A stretch of 64,000 bases of DNA from Nitrosopumilus sp. (GTDB lineage Archaea; Thermoproteota; Nitrososphaeria; Nitrososphaerales; Nitrosopumilaceae), in assembly GCA_965219345.1 (NCBI GenBank), contig OZ244732.1, forward strand, positions 512,001 through 576,000, read 5' to 3'. Positions within the stretch are counted from its first letter, which is position 1; each line of letters begins with the position of its first letter. This document shows positions 29,653 through 39,710 of the stretch, piece by piece. The notes below the pieces were generated by a model. That model was not told the origin of the DNA and made no database searches. It saw only the letters and a list, made by a program, of their open reading frames with translations. The position numbers and the translations under genes were made by a program.

Positions 29653-30888
29653 GTGCTCAAAATAGGAGAATTCATCTATCCATGGGGAAGTGGTCATTAT
29701 TCCCGAATGATGAGGCTAAATGAGGTTTTAGGAGATTATATTAAAGAAAAATTTGAGGTTCATTTTTCAAGTAAAGATCATGTTTATGAGAAATTATTAA
29801 AAAAATTTCCAGATGAGAAAGAGAAAATTCATGAAATTTTAATGCCAACGCCAATTGATGGAAAATTTGGTCCAAGTGTTTCAATGTCATTGATGAACTT
29901 GCTATTACCAATTTCAAGAAACCCTCCATTAGTAAGACAAATTGCAAACTATTTGAGAGAAGAAAGAAAACTGTACGATAACGAAAAATTTGATCTCGTG
30001 ATCAATGATGGAGATATGGGTTCAAATATTTTGGCAAATAATAGAAACATTCCAAGTTTGTTTATAACAAATCAGTTCAGACCTAAGCTATACAATTCAA
30101 GATCATATCTTTATCCATCGTTAATTTTTATTGCAAAACAAATTACTAAAGCATCAAAAATTCTCGTTGCTGATTCACCACCACCATATACTATGTGTGA
30201 ATATAATCTAAATTTCATTAAAGAGGCAGAAGAAAAAGTAATCTATGTAGGACATTTTACAAATAATAAGCAATTCAAAAAAGAAGACAGATCAGATCTT
30301 GAAAAATTAGTTGAGAATAATGAATTTGGTTACTGGATGAGAACTGGAAACAAATCAACTAATGATGGGACTGGTCAGAGATATGAAGAAGTATTTACTA
30401 AAGATGAAATGATAAATGAAAAAAGAATCATTTCACATGCAAGAAATGATCCAAACATTGATTCTGTAATTGGAAAAGATGGTAGGAGATATTCAATCTC
30501 AGAGGCTTTGGATAAAAAAATAGAATGGATACAAATCGATATTGGTTTTCTTTCAGAACAAGAAAAAGATACGATCCTAAATTTATGTAAATATGCAGTT
30601 GTTAATGGTTCTCATACTGTAATGGGTGAAATTATGGGTGGAAAATCAAAGCCAATAATTGGAATTCCAATTTATGATGAGCATACAAATAACATCAGAT
30701 GGGCAGAAGAGAAGAATTTGGGCGTATTAGCTACAAAAACAAATCAAGTAACCAAGGCAATATCCAAAATTAAAGAGAATTATGAGGAATTTGAAGAAAA
30801 TTTGAGTGAATTTTCAAAGAATTTTGTTCCTAATGGAGCAGAAAATTCAGCAAAGACAGTGGCTCAGACTCTAGAAGAAAAGAGATAA
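29653..30888 (+). CDS. GT-B glycosyltransferase (GT28/MurG-like)
   Basis: WGSGHYSR, DLVINDGD, NGSHTVMGE, KPIIGIP...EH. Confidence 0.8.
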   Translation: MLKIGEFIYPWGSGHYSRMMRLNEVLGDYIKEKFEVHFSSKDHVYEKLLKKFPDEKEKIHEILMPTPIDGKFGPSVSMSLMNLLLPISRNPPLVRQIANYLREERKLYDNEKFDLVINDGDMGSNILANNRNIPSLFITNQFRPKLYNSRSYLYPSLIFIAKQITKASKILVADSPPPYTMCEYNLNFIKEAEEKVIYVGHFTNNKQFKKEDRSDLEKLVENNEFGYWMRTGNKSTNDGTGQRYEEVFTKDEMINEKRIISHARNDPNIDSVIGKDGRRYSISEALDKKIEWIQIDIGFLSEQEKDTILNLCKYAVVNGSHTVMGEIMGGKSKPIIGIPIYDEHTNNIRWAEEKNLGVLATKTNQVTKAISKIKENYEEFEENLSEFSKNFVPNGAENSAKTVAQTLEEKR

Positions 30889-30910
30889 TACATTATTTTG
30901 AGAATTTTAC

Positions 30911-30982
30911 TCATCTGGCACGCGGGATTTCGATGGGCGAACGGACCGCAAGGGATGATGAAAAAATCCGCGTGTCAGATGA
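30911..30982 (+). ncRNA. candidate structured small RNA (long GC-rich stem, GCAA tetraloop, box C-like AUGAUGA)
   Basis: TCATCTGGCACGCGGGATTT pairs with AAATCCGCGTGTCAGATGA, with a G-U wobble on the + strand; CC-GCAA-GG hairpin inside. Confidence 0.6.
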
Positions 30983-31041
30983 ATATCGATCAATTAAGAA
31001 TGTGGGAACGCTTTTATGGAAAAAATTAAGCCAAATCATCA

Positions 31042-31350
31042 GTGCCTAACTGCCCAGAATGTACATCAAGAGAGAAAAAGAAGATTCAATCAAAATACGA
31101 AGCTGACACTCCAGAAGAAGATAGAGGTAGAGACGATTTATACAAATTGTTTGATGAGATTGAAATTCCAATGAAAATGGATCCTGCCACAAAGCATTTC
31201 ATTTGTAAAAGATGTGGATTATACGCGACAAGAGAACAGATATCAGATATCAGATACAAACTTAATCAAAAAGAGAAAACACGTGAAGACAAACATGATG
31301 ACTATCTTGATTGGTGGTCAAAAAGTAAAAAAGAAAAACAAGAAATTTAG
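31042..31350 (+). CDS. hypothetical zinc-binding protein
   Basis: CPEC...CKRCG; TATA-like CTTTTATG about 25 nt upstream. Confidence 0.75.
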   Translation: MPNCPECTSREKKKIQSKYEADTPEEDRGRDDLYKLFDEIEIPMKMDPATKHFICKRCGLYATREQISDIRYKLNQKEKTREDKHDDYLDWWSKSKKEKQEI

Positions 31351-31364
31351 AGTGATTTTAGTAT

Positions 31365-31763
31365 ATGGTAAAAAAGAAAGATGATATTCCAGATTGGGTT
31401 TCTGATGAAATTCAAAATGCAAAATTTGAGAAACCAGAAGAAATGAAAAAAACTGGATACATTCTTGAATTTTATGATGCAGATAACAAAATGGATGTAC
31501 AGTTGTATGATCCTGTAGAAGATGGAAGACATATAGTTACAATGGATTTGCAAAAAAAAATTAAAATTAAAGAGTTAGAGAAAGGAACTGTTTATGAGTT
31601 TATTTTTGATCAACACAAAGCACCACTTAGCAAAAAAGTTTCAGAATTTCTAGAACAAGAAAAAGAAATTGATATGAATGCAATTTACCAATTTGAATTA
31701 AAGTCACTTGAATTGTTAGATGTAGGCTCTAGTGAGACTGTAGATGATGATTCAGAAGAATAA
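31365..31763 (+). CDS. hypothetical acidic protein
   Basis: 132-aa ORF co-oriented with the upstream gene; genome-typical composition. Confidence 0.75.
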   Translation: MVKKKDDIPDWVSDEIQNAKFEKPEEMKKTGYILEFYDADNKMDVQLYDPVEDGRHIVTMDLQKKIKIKELEKGTVYEFIFDQHKAPLSKKVSEFLEQEKEIDMNAIYQFELKSLELLDVGSSETVDDDSEE

Positions 31764-31765
31764 AG

Positions 31766-32566
31766 CTAGTCTTGTTTTGTAGAATCTAACTGCTTTTTGA
31801 AAGATTTTCCTAAAATTGGATTTATGAAATATGGAAATGTATTTTTCATCCATACTGCACCACGTACTACAGATGGAACTATGATTTCCAGTCTTGAAGA
31901 ATTTGCTGCTTTCAAGATAGTTTTTGCTACTGTTTTAGAACTAAGTGATGTTGGTGAGTATTTTGGCATTTTTTCAAACGAAGGATGATCAAAAAAGTCA
32001 GTCTTGACCATAATTGGACTGACAACAGTGATTCCAACTCCAGTGTTTTTTAGTTCGTGTTTAAGACCCTCTGAAAATCCTAACATTGCAAATTTAGATG
32101 CACAGTATGAAGCGATTCCAGGTAAACCAAAGCTTGCTGCAACAGATGCAACATTCACTATATGACTAGATTTTTTTGTTAACATTGATGGGAGAAAATT
32201 TTTGATGCAATAAACCATACCAAAGTAATTTGTTTCCATCTGTGATTCTATCTCATCTATAGAAAGATCAGATACAGAACCATAAATTGCAAAACCAGCA
32301 TTATTTACTAAGATATCAATAGAATCAAATTTTTCTAAGACTGTTTTTGACATTTCTTTTACTTGATCCTTCTTTGAAACATCACATTGACAGACTAGTG
32401 TGGATATATGAAATTCTTTTAATTCATTTGCAACTTGCTCAAGTTTGTCCTTTCTTCTTGCAACTAAAACAATATTAGCGCCTAGTTTTGCAAATTCTAG
32501 TGCAGTTTCCTTACCAATTCCAGATGATGCACCAGTTATTAGAACTAGTTTATTTTTGAAATCCAC
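31766..32566 (-). CDS. short-chain dehydrogenase/reductase
   Basis: TGASSGIG, NNAG, YCASK. Confidence 0.93.
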   Translation of the reverse strand: MDFKNKLVLITGASSGIGKETALEFAKLGANIVLVARRKDKLEQVANELKEFHISTLVCQCDVSKKDQVKEMSKTVLEKFDSIDILVNNAGFAIYGSVSDLSIDEIESQMETNYFGMVYCIKNFLPSMLTKKSSHIVNVASVAASFGLPGIASYCASKFAMLGFSEGLKHELKNTGVGITVVSPIMVKTDFFDHPSFEKMPKYSPTSLSSKTVAKTILKAANSSRLEIIVPSVVRGAVWMKNTFPYFINPILGKSFKKQLDSTKQD

Positions 32567-32600
32567 ATATCAAAAAAATCATATGAAGATAAAGTGGTTT

Positions 32601-33641
32601 CTATGTAGCTTGTTGTTTTGATATTTTACTTAAGGCTAATTTCACTAAAAGCAGCCAAGTAATCACAATTGGAACATAATAAGTTGCAATTCTCCAGCCA
32701 ATAACCGCATCCCAAGCAACAACTCCTTTAGGAACATCAAAGTCAAATGGATTCAAATTATTGAGATATGCTACAATTCCAAACTCCGCCAAGCCAGAAC
32801 CACCTATAGTAATTGGCAAGTTACCAATTGCATTTGCACCCATTACTGCCATGATTGAATCAAATGCATTAATCACATATTCTGTTCCCATTGCAATGAT
32901 CATGAATGATATTCCATAGAATGACCAAGAAGCAAGTGACACTAGAAAAGATACTGTAAAGATTTTTTTAGATTCAGGAGTTTTTAGATTTTCTTTGCTC
33001 ATGGTACATACTTCTTCCATCCAGGAATTAGTTTTATCAATGTATTTTGCACCTTTTTCTTTTCCAATTCCTTTAACAAAATTTGCTAATACTTTTGGAA
33101 CTTGGAACATACGTTTAGAAGATAAAAAGAATAGAACCATCCATAAAGAAGTTACAACAATGCTAGTAGCTAAAATAATTGCTGCTACAATATATGCCCC
33201 GTTCAATAACGCAATTATTCCTGCTATTATCGATAACAAGCCTGCTGCAAGTACTTCAGTTACAATATCCATAATTGCAATCCATGTAGCTTTTGAGAGC
33301 TCTACTCCTTTCTTCTTCAAATAATAGATTACAACAAATTCTGCTCCAACAAACATAGGAGTTGTAAATTTAATAAATTCACTACCAACTCTAACACCCG
33401 TTAATTTCCAAAATGAATCAAAACTACCAAGATATTTTCTTGCAATGTATGCAAATTTGACTCCTTGAAGACCTAGTTTAATCATCATTGCAAGAACTGC
33501 ACCAACAAACGGAAAGAATCCTATTGCTAATACATCATCTAATTTGATATCAAATTGAATGGCAATAATGAAAATAGGAATTAAAGTAACAGGTATAGCT
33601 ACAAGTCTCCAATTCATTTGATAATTTTTTTGAATAATCAA
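32601..33641 (-). CDS. UPF0104 / lysylphosphatidylglycerol synthase TM-domain (flippase-like) protein
   Basis: Multi-TM, TP..VGAE, P.TIGGSGLAE, WRIATYY. Confidence 0.8.
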   Translation of the reverse strand: MIIQKNYQMNWRLVAIPVTLIPIFIIAIQFDIKLDDVLAIGFFPFVGAVLAMMIKLGLQGVKFAYIARKYLGSFDSFWKLTGVRVGSEFIKFTTPMFVGAEFVVIYYLKKKGVELSKATWIAIMDIVTEVLAAGLLSIIAGIIALLNGAYIVAAIILATSIVVTSLWMVLFFLSSKRMFQVPKVLANFVKGIGKEKGAKYIDKTNSWMEEVCTMSKENLKTPESKKIFTVSFLVSLASWSFYGISFMIIAMGTEYVINAFDSIMAVMGANAIGNLPITIGGSGLAEFGIVAYLNNLNPFDFDVPKGVVAWDAVIGWRIATYYVPIVITWLLLVKLALSKISKQQAT

Positions 33642-33699
33642 ATATGAAAGTTGATGATAAAGCTAGTTTGAAATATAAGCAAAGAAAAATTAGACAGGA

Positions 33700-34458
33700 T
33701 TGAAAACAATTTTTATTTCTGGCACAGCTGGCTCAGGAAAATCATTACTTACATCAAGGTTATACGAATATTACACAAAAAATGGAGCATTCGCAGCTGT
33801 CTTGAACTTAGATCCAGGTGTGGAGAATCTACCATATACTTGTGATGTTGATGTTAGAGATTTCGTTGATTATGCATCTATAATGCAAAAGTATGATCTT
33901 GGCCCAAATGGAGCTTTGATAATGGCAAATGATTTGATTGCATCAAAAATAGATAATGTTCAAAACGAGGTGAACAGAGTAAATCCTGATTATTTGATTG
34001 TCGATACACCTGGACAAATTGAGTTGTTTGCATATCGTTCGAGTGGACCTTTTCTTGTCGAAAATATTTCATCAGAAGAAAAAACAAGTATCTTTCTTTA
34101 TGATGGTGCTCTAATTACTACGCCAGTAAATTTTGTTTCAATTGCACTTCTTGCAACATCAATAAGATTACGTTTGAATTTACCAATAGTCAATGTATTA
34201 ACAAAAACAGATCTTATTGGTGCCAAGCTAAAAGACATACTACATTGGTCAACAAGTCTAAGTACTCTAGAAAGTGCAATTGGCAAAGAAGCAGATGGGG
34301 ATACCTATACGTTGACCTCAAACATTTTACGGGGTTTGAATCTTGGTGGATTTGCACAAGGATTGATTCCAGTTTCAAATGTTACGGGAGAGGGTTTTGA
34401 GAATCTTGAAGGTGCGCTTAGCAGAATTCTTAACTTGGGTGAAGAGGTAGGGGATTAG
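33700..34458 (+). CDS. GPN-loop GTPase
   Basis: GTAGSGKS, NLDPG, LGPNG, DTPGQIE, TKTD. Confidence 0.93.
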   Translation: MKTIFISGTAGSGKSLLTSRLYEYYTKNGAFAAVLNLDPGVENLPYTCDVDVRDFVDYASIMQKYDLGPNGALIMANDLIASKIDNVQNEVNRVNPDYLIVDTPGQIELFAYRSSGPFLVENISSEEKTSIFLYDGALITTPVNFVSIALLATSIRLRLNLPIVNVLTKTDLIGAKLKDILHWSTSLSTLESAIGKEADGDTYTLTSNILRGLNLGGFAQGLIPVSNVTGEGFENLEGALSRILNLGEEVGD

Positions 34459-35382
34459 TTGGCATCAAAGATTATTGTAAAGGCACCATCATCTACCGCA
34501 AACCTAGGTCCAGGATTTGACGTATTTGGATTAGCAATAGATGCATTTCATGACAAAATAACATTATCTAAAACAAAAAGTGGAATTACCATAATTACAG
34601 ATGATAAAATCCCAACAAATCCTGAAAACAATACTGCAGGATTGGTTGTAAAAAATATGAAAAAAAGATTCAAGATCAAAGGAGGGATTGAAATTAAAAT
34701 CAAAAAAGGAGTTCCTGCAGGATTTGGAATGGGAAGTAGTGCAGCATCAGCAGCGGCCGCTGCAGTAGCATTTGATAAATTATTTAGACTAAAGCTTGAT
34801 GGAAATTCTTTAGTAGAGTTTGCAGGTTCTGGAGAAAAAGCCAGTGCAGGCTCAGTTCATTATGATAATGTTGCTGCTTCTGTTTTAGGAGGATTTGTAA
34901 TTGTGAAGACAAATCCCTTAGATGTAATCAGAGTAGAACCTCCATCAAGTCTTAGAATGTGTATTGCTGTTCCAAATATTGACGTTCCAAAAAAGAAGAC
35001 CAAAGTATCAAGAGGAGTAATTCCAAAGAAGATCAAGTTAACTGATAGTGTTTTAAATCTAGCAAATGCGTCATCAGTTGTTGCGGGGTTTATGAGAAAA
35101 GACACAGAGTTGATTGGAAATTCAATTAAAGATGTGATAGTTGAACCTGCAAGACGACATATGATACCAGGATTTGCTAAAGTAAAGCAAAATGCCCTAA
35201 AAGCAGGAGCATTAGGTGTTACAATAAGCGGAGCAGGACCATCAGTAATTGCATTTTCAAAGAGTTCAGCTAATTTGAAAAAGATCTGCCTGTCTATGTC
35301 AAGAGGATTTGCATCTAAAAAAATAAAATGTAAAACAATAATCTGTAAACCTACTAAAGGTGCCGCATATAAGAGAAAATAA
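34459..35382 (+). CDS. thrB: homoserine kinase
   Basis: PSSTANLGPGFD, P.GFGMGSSAAS, HYDNVAA, ISGAGPS. Confidence 0.95.
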   Translation: MASKIIVKAPSSTANLGPGFDVFGLAIDAFHDKITLSKTKSGITIITDDKIPTNPENNTAGLVVKNMKKRFKIKGGIEIKIKKGVPAGFGMGSSAASAAAAAVAFDKLFRLKLDGNSLVEFAGSGEKASAGSVHYDNVAASVLGGFVIVKTNPLDVIRVEPPSSLRMCIAVPNIDVPKKKTKVSRGVIPKKIKLTDSVLNLANASSVVAGFMRKDTELIGNSIKDVIVEPARRHMIPGFAKVKQNALKAGALGVTISGAGPSVIAFSKSSANLKKICLSMSRGFASKKIKCKTIICKPTKGAAYKRK

Positions 35383-35397
35383 TCTTAAGGGGATTTT

Positions 35398-36072
35398 ATG
35401 AAAAAAGCAGTCATTGTCTTTAGTGGAGGAATTGATTCTGTTTGTACAGTTTCATTTTTGAAATCAAAGTATGAGTTGTATGGTATTACGTTTTCATATG
35501 GACAAAAGGCAAGCAGAGAAATTACAGCAGCAAAATCTTTTGCAAAGAAACTTGGCTTAAAACAGCATAAAATTATCGATATTGGTTTTATGAAAGATTT
35601 GTACGGTGATTCTAACGTTTTAACAAGCACAAAAAGAAAGATTCCCAGTAAATTTGAGTATTCCATTGTAGTTCCAATTAGAAATGCAGTATTTCTATCA
35701 GTTGCATCAGCATGGGCCTTTACACTTAATGCCTCACTAGTTGTATATGGAGCTCATACCGGAGATAAACACTATCCTGATTGTAGACCAACTTTTGCAA
35801 AAAAACTAGAAGCTGCATTTAATCAAGGAGAGATTGACGGAATCAGTTCAGGATTACGTAAAACCATTAAGATTTGGTCACCTTATCGTGAAGGATTATC
35901 AAAGAAGGACTTACTAAAAGCTGGAGTGAAAGTTTTGGGAGATTCAATCTTTAAGACTTGGAGTTGTTATTCAAATAAAAAATATCATTGCGGAGTTTGT
36001 GAATCTTGTAATAACAGAAAAATTGCATTTCAGAAAGCTGGCATTACAGATAAAACAAAATATCTTAAATAA
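35398..36072 (+). CDS. queC: 7-cyano-7-deazaguanine synthase
   Basis: SGGIDS, YGQ, VPIRN, YPDCR, TWSCY...CGVCESC. Confidence 0.95.
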   Translation: MKKAVIVFSGGIDSVCTVSFLKSKYELYGITFSYGQKASREITAAKSFAKKLGLKQHKIIDIGFMKDLYGDSNVLTSTKRKIPSKFEYSIVVPIRNAVFLSVASAWAFTLNASLVVYGAHTGDKHYPDCRPTFAKKLEAAFNQGEIDGISSGLRKTIKIWSPYREGLSKKDLLKAGVKVLGDSIFKTWSCYSNKKYHCGVCESCNNRKIAFQKAGITDKTKYLK

Positions 36073-36074
36073 TT

Positions 36075-36326
36075 CTAGTAACGATTTCGGAGAATTTTCT
36101 TTTTTAGAATAAAGCCTCGAATTCCAATATACCAAACTAAGAAGAATAGTCCAACAATTCCTGTAATCACATAGTTATGCACTTCTATGGAAAGTCCTTC
36201 AATAGAATCAGCAATTTTAACTGCTGATAGAAAAGAGATTACAATAAGAATTACACACTCTATTGCATACCATGTCCAATGAGGCCATGATTCCTTTGGA
36301 ATGTGAATATTATCATGAGTTCCCAT
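36075..36326 (-). CDS. small two-TM membrane protein
   Basis: 83-aa ORF with two hydrophobic helices. Confidence 0.65.
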   Translation of the reverse strand: MGTHDNIHIPKESWPHWTWYAIECVILIVISFLSAVKIADSIEGLSIEVHNYVITGIVGLFFLVWYIGIRGFILKKKILRNRY

Positions 36327-36369
36327 TAACCTTCATCAAAACCTTGATTATTTAATTTTTCAGTATATC

Positions 36370-36927
36370 CTAAAAAGATGGATCTGAGGTTTGTTTCTTA
36401 ATGAGTGTCATTATGCCCTCTTTTTCTTCTTTATTTTCATAAATTCCTCTAAATGCTGATGAAGAAACCGTTGCGTCATTTCTAACACCACGCATTTTCA
36501 TACAGAGATGTTCTGCATCAGCAAAAACTACAACACCTTTAACACCTTGAGCATATAGCTCGTCAGCAATATTCTTGGTTAGCCTTTCCTGAATTTGTAG
36601 TCTCTTTGAAAATTTTTCTACTAATCTGACGAGTTTTGATATTCCAAAAACTCTGCCATTTGGTGAGTAAGCAATATGGATTTTCCCATAAAATGGTAAC
36701 ATATGGTGTTCGCACATCGAATAAAATTGAATATTGCGTATGACAACTGCATCAGAATCTTCTGAGAATTGTACAGATAACTCAGAATCAGTATCATATC
36801 CAGAAAAGATCTCTTTGTACATATTTGCAATTCTTTCAGGAGTTTCTCGTAGTCCTTCACGGGTAGGATCTTCACCAACTTCAATGATTAGTTCTCTAAC
36901 AAGTTTTTTTACACGTTCTTTGTCCAT
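36370..36927 (-). CDS. folE: GTP cyclohydrolase I (FolE, type IA)
   Basis: [42 protein letters not shown]. Confidence 0.96.
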   Translation of the reverse strand: MDKERVKKLVRELIIEVGEDPTREGLRETPERIANMYKEIFSGYDTDSELSVQFSEDSDAVVIRNIQFYSMCEHHMLPFYGKIHIAYSPNGRVFGISKLVRLVEKFSKRLQIQERLTKNIADELYAQGVKGVVVFADAEHLCMKMRGVRNDATVSSSAFRGIYENKEEKEGIMTLIKKQTSDPSF

Positions 36928-36991
36928 TTTATATTCTCACAGAATTTTTCTAGTATTTGAACCTAATCAGATTTTTAGGCAGGTGTTTACG

Positions 36992-37705
36992 TTATGGTGC
37001 TCCAATAAATTTGTGTAACTGAGGAACTACTTTGACATCAATATAGTGAGGATATACTATATCATACAAATTCAATAAAAGATCTAGCGATGGTTCAGAA
37101 ACACCATAGGTAGGCTGAATGACAAATCCATCAATATCATCTTTAGAGATGATACCAAAAATTTGATTTGTCAATTCTTTAAATTCATTTAACTGAGTTT
37201 TTGAGCTTACTACAATTTTGATGTAAGTTGTTTTCTTTGTCTTTACAGAGGATTCAAGACATTTCATTGAATGAACGATTAATTTTTCATAGTGTTTAGA
37301 GTCTATAAAATCAGAGTCTTTAGTTTTAAATTCAATTTTAACAATATCAAAAAATGGTAAAACATGATTGAACCTATCAATATCAAAACATGATGATTCA
37401 AGGTATGTAGGAATTTTTTTTTCTTGAATATGCTTTGCAAGTAGTGCTACTGCTTCATGTTGGATTAATGGATCACCTCCAGTAAAATTTACTTTGTAAG
37501 TTTGGTTTTTGAGATTGGAATCAATTAGTTGATTTGCCTCTTCAATTGTATATTCTGTGCCAGAATCAAGGGGAAGAGATTCTATGGTATCACAATAAAA
37601 ACAAGTGAAAGGACATCCTGCAAGTCTCACAAATAGAGTCTTTGTTCCATAAAGAATACCTTCACCTTCAACTGATGTAAATATCTCAAATAATCTTACT
37701 TTCAT
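36992..37705 (-). CDS. queE: 7-carboxy-7-deazaguanine synthase (radical SAM)
   Basis: EIF.S.EGEG, FVRLAGCPFTCFYCDT, TGGDP, PQLHK. Confidence 0.93.
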   Translation of the reverse strand: MKVRLFEIFTSVEGEGILYGTKTLFVRLAGCPFTCFYCDTIESLPLDSGTEYTIEEANQLIDSNLKNQTYKVNFTGGDPLIQHEAVALLAKHIQEKKIPTYLESSCFDIDRFNHVLPFFDIVKIEFKTKDSDFIDSKHYEKLIVHSMKCLESSVKTKKTTYIKIVVSSKTQLNEFKELTNQIFGIISKDDIDGFVIQPTYGVSEPSLDLLLNLYDIVYPHYIDVKVVPQLHKFIGAP

Positions 37706-37749
37706 GCAATATTCATAATTTTTTTCATTATTAATTCAATGAGTTTCTA

Positions 37750-37944
37750 CTAATGCATGACTGGTTCTTTTGAATAGAATAACCCAGAGATAAAGAATAC
37801 TATTCCTAAAATTCCAATTGTACTTCCAACAAGTTCTACTTGATTTCGAAAATAATCTTCCATCGGAGCCCATAACCACGCCATCAAAGCACCAACCACA
37901 ATCATTGGGATTCCTACTCCAACTGTAATTGATTTAGAGGCCAT
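37750..37944 (-). CDS. small two-TM membrane protein
   Basis: 64-aa ORF with two hydrophobic segments. Confidence 0.65.
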   Translation of the reverse strand: MASKSITVGVGIPMIVVGALMAWLWAPMEDYFRNQVELVGSTIGILGIVFFISGLFYSKEPVMH

Positions 37945-38020
37945 GCTCTTGCTGTTTAGAAAATGTATATGAAGTTTATGATAATTTAACTAGATTTGTT
38001 TAACTTGTACTGATTTTAGT

Positions 38021-38374
38021 TTATTGATTAAGATTAACTATGAGTTGCTTTGCAGAAATGATCTCATTATCAGAATCATATGTAATCACATATAGCATTG
38101 CATTTGAACTATTAGGGATTGGAGTTACATTGTTTAACGTTATACTATTTCCAGTTGTAAATTTTTCAGTATTTGGATTACAGCTAACACAGCCTATTTT
38201 GTAATTTGTTGTTAGATCATCATCATGATTCCAGGTAATTTTAACAGTTGCAGAATTACCATCATAATTCGATACAGATGTTCTAATATTATCAAGTGAT
38301 TCAGCAAATGCAGGATTTCCTAAAAATACACTAGCCACTAAAATTAACAAACCTAATGATGCAATAACTTTCAA
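38021..38374 (-). CDS. small secreted beta-sandwich-like protein with CxxC
   Basis: Signal peptide ending PAFA; GCVSC.PN; overlaps the upstream gene stop. Confidence 0.7.
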   Translation of the reverse strand: MKVIASLGLLILVASVFLGNPAFAESLDNIRTSVSNYDGNSATVKITWNHDDDLTTNYKIGCVSCNPNTEKFTTGNSITLNNVTPIPNSSNAMLYVITYDSDNEIISAKQLIVNLNQ

Positions 38375-39393
38375 TTCTCTTCCTCCAAATCGTTTCTTAA
38401 TTTAACCATATTTAGCAGGTCTTTTTTATAAATTTCAACTATGCCTAATCTTTCTAGTCGTTTTACAGCTCTCCACATAGTAGTTCTAGGTTGAAGGAAT
38501 TTCTTTCGTAGATCACTCTCAAAAACTTGACCCCCATTTTCAGAGATAAATTTCACAATTTCTTTATCATCTTCACGCATTTCAGGTCTAAGATTAAAAA
38601 TTGTGTGAGTGTCTAAAGATTCTGGTTCTGATTGTTTTTGGGATAATTCTGCAATATGTATTTGTGAAGAGTTGGATTGTTTTTTCTTAAGAATGATTGC
38701 AGCTCCAATACCTACAGCAATAATTGGGCCAATAATTAATCCAATAGTCATAAAATTAAATGAGGATTCAGGTTGATTTGTAGAAATAGTTGATTCTGTA
38801 GTTCCAAAAATGTAATCTATTTGAGTAGGTCCGCTAGAAAATTTTAGTTTAATTTGTTCATCAATTTGTTCCATATTATTTGGTAAAACACTCATTCCAA
38901 TAATTACAGAGGTTTCTGGCATTAGTAATGAGTAATCTGATGGAGAATCAAATGAAAAAGTCCAGACTCGTCCTTCTTTTGAAATTAAATCATGAATATC
39001 ATAATCAACAACAATACTTGACGAACCAAGAGTACCAACTATTGCTTTATCTTCAATAATAGCTCCAGATAACAAAGAACCACTTACCTCTTCAAAGGCA
39101 ATAAAGTTGTCAACAGATGGACCAAAGAGACTTAATTCAAAATCAGAAGCTAAAGAATCCACATCTATCTCAGAGGTGACATGTGTAGAACCATCAGAAT
39201 TAAGGATTAGATCAAGAGTTCGAGTAGAGCTGAATGAGGGCTGTATTGGCATTGTCATAGCTACAACAATCAAGCCAGCAAGTATCAAATGTGCCTTAAC
39301 CATTGTTTCGAAGATACCATCAGTCCTTACAAAAATCATTCCCTCTTCTCGAAGAGACTCGTTCCTATGAATTGATACGATTTCGGATTTCAT
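38371..39393 (-). CDS. membrane-anchored transcription regulator (extracellular domain, TM, C-terminal winged HTH; COG2512-like)
   Basis: Signal anchor, TM followed by KKK, then DDKEIVKFI...GGQVFESDLRK...RTTMWRAVKRLERLGIVEI. Confidence 0.8.
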   Translation of the reverse strand: MKSEIVSIHRNESLREEGMIFVRTDGIFETMVKAHLILAGLIVVAMTMPIQPSFSSTRTLDLILNSDGSTHVTSEIDVDSLASDFELSLFGPSVDNFIAFEEVSGSLLSGAIIEDKAIVGTLGSSSIVVDYDIHDLISKEGRVWTFSFDSPSDYSLLMPETSVIIGMSVLPNNMEQIDEQIKLKFSSGPTQIDYIFGTTESTISTNQPESSFNFMTIGLIIGPIIAVGIGAAIILKKKQSNSSQIHIAELSQKQSEPESLDTHTIFNLRPEMREDDKEIVKFISENGGQVFESDLRKKFLQPRTTMWRAVKRLERLGIVEIYKKDLLNMVKLRNDLEEEN

Positions 39394-39397
39394 TGGC

Positions 39398-39685
39398 TTA
39401 ATACCTTAGATTCATACTTTCTACGAGTCCCTGAAATTTCTTAAACTCCTGGAAAAATTGAAGTCCTTTTTCGGTAATCTGAAAGACTCTATTCCTGTCA
39501 TTTTTAACGAAGTCGACCAAGCCTGCTTCTACTAGTTTCTCACATTTGTCTAGTACTGCATAGTGAGATAGGTTGGCTTTTCGAGAGATAGCAGATACAA
39601 TGATTCCATCACGACCACCATCGGCGGTAACGTCTAAGATATCACCCATTATACCCATTTCGGATCTGTATTGTTGTTTTGACAT
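39398..39685 (-). CDS. small winged-helix transcription regulator (COG3432/HTH_45-like)
   Basis: YRS.M.I..DIL, ISRKANLS, L..AGLV, FQITEKG. Confidence 0.88.
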   Translation of the reverse strand: MSKQQYRSEMGIMGDILDVTADGGRDGIIVSAISRKANLSHYAVLDKCEKLVEAGLVDFVKNDRNRVFQITEKGLQFFQEFKKFQGLVESMNLRY

Positions 39686-39710
39686 GCTTTAGTATAGAAT
39701 TAATTAGTTA

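Noticed and set aside
30911-30982. Hammerhead ribozyme, fluoride riboswitch or intrinsic terminator reading of the hairpin
   Set aside because: No CUGANGA/GAAA core in the right topology, no crcB-motif consensus and no following U-tract; kept only as an unassigned RNA candidate
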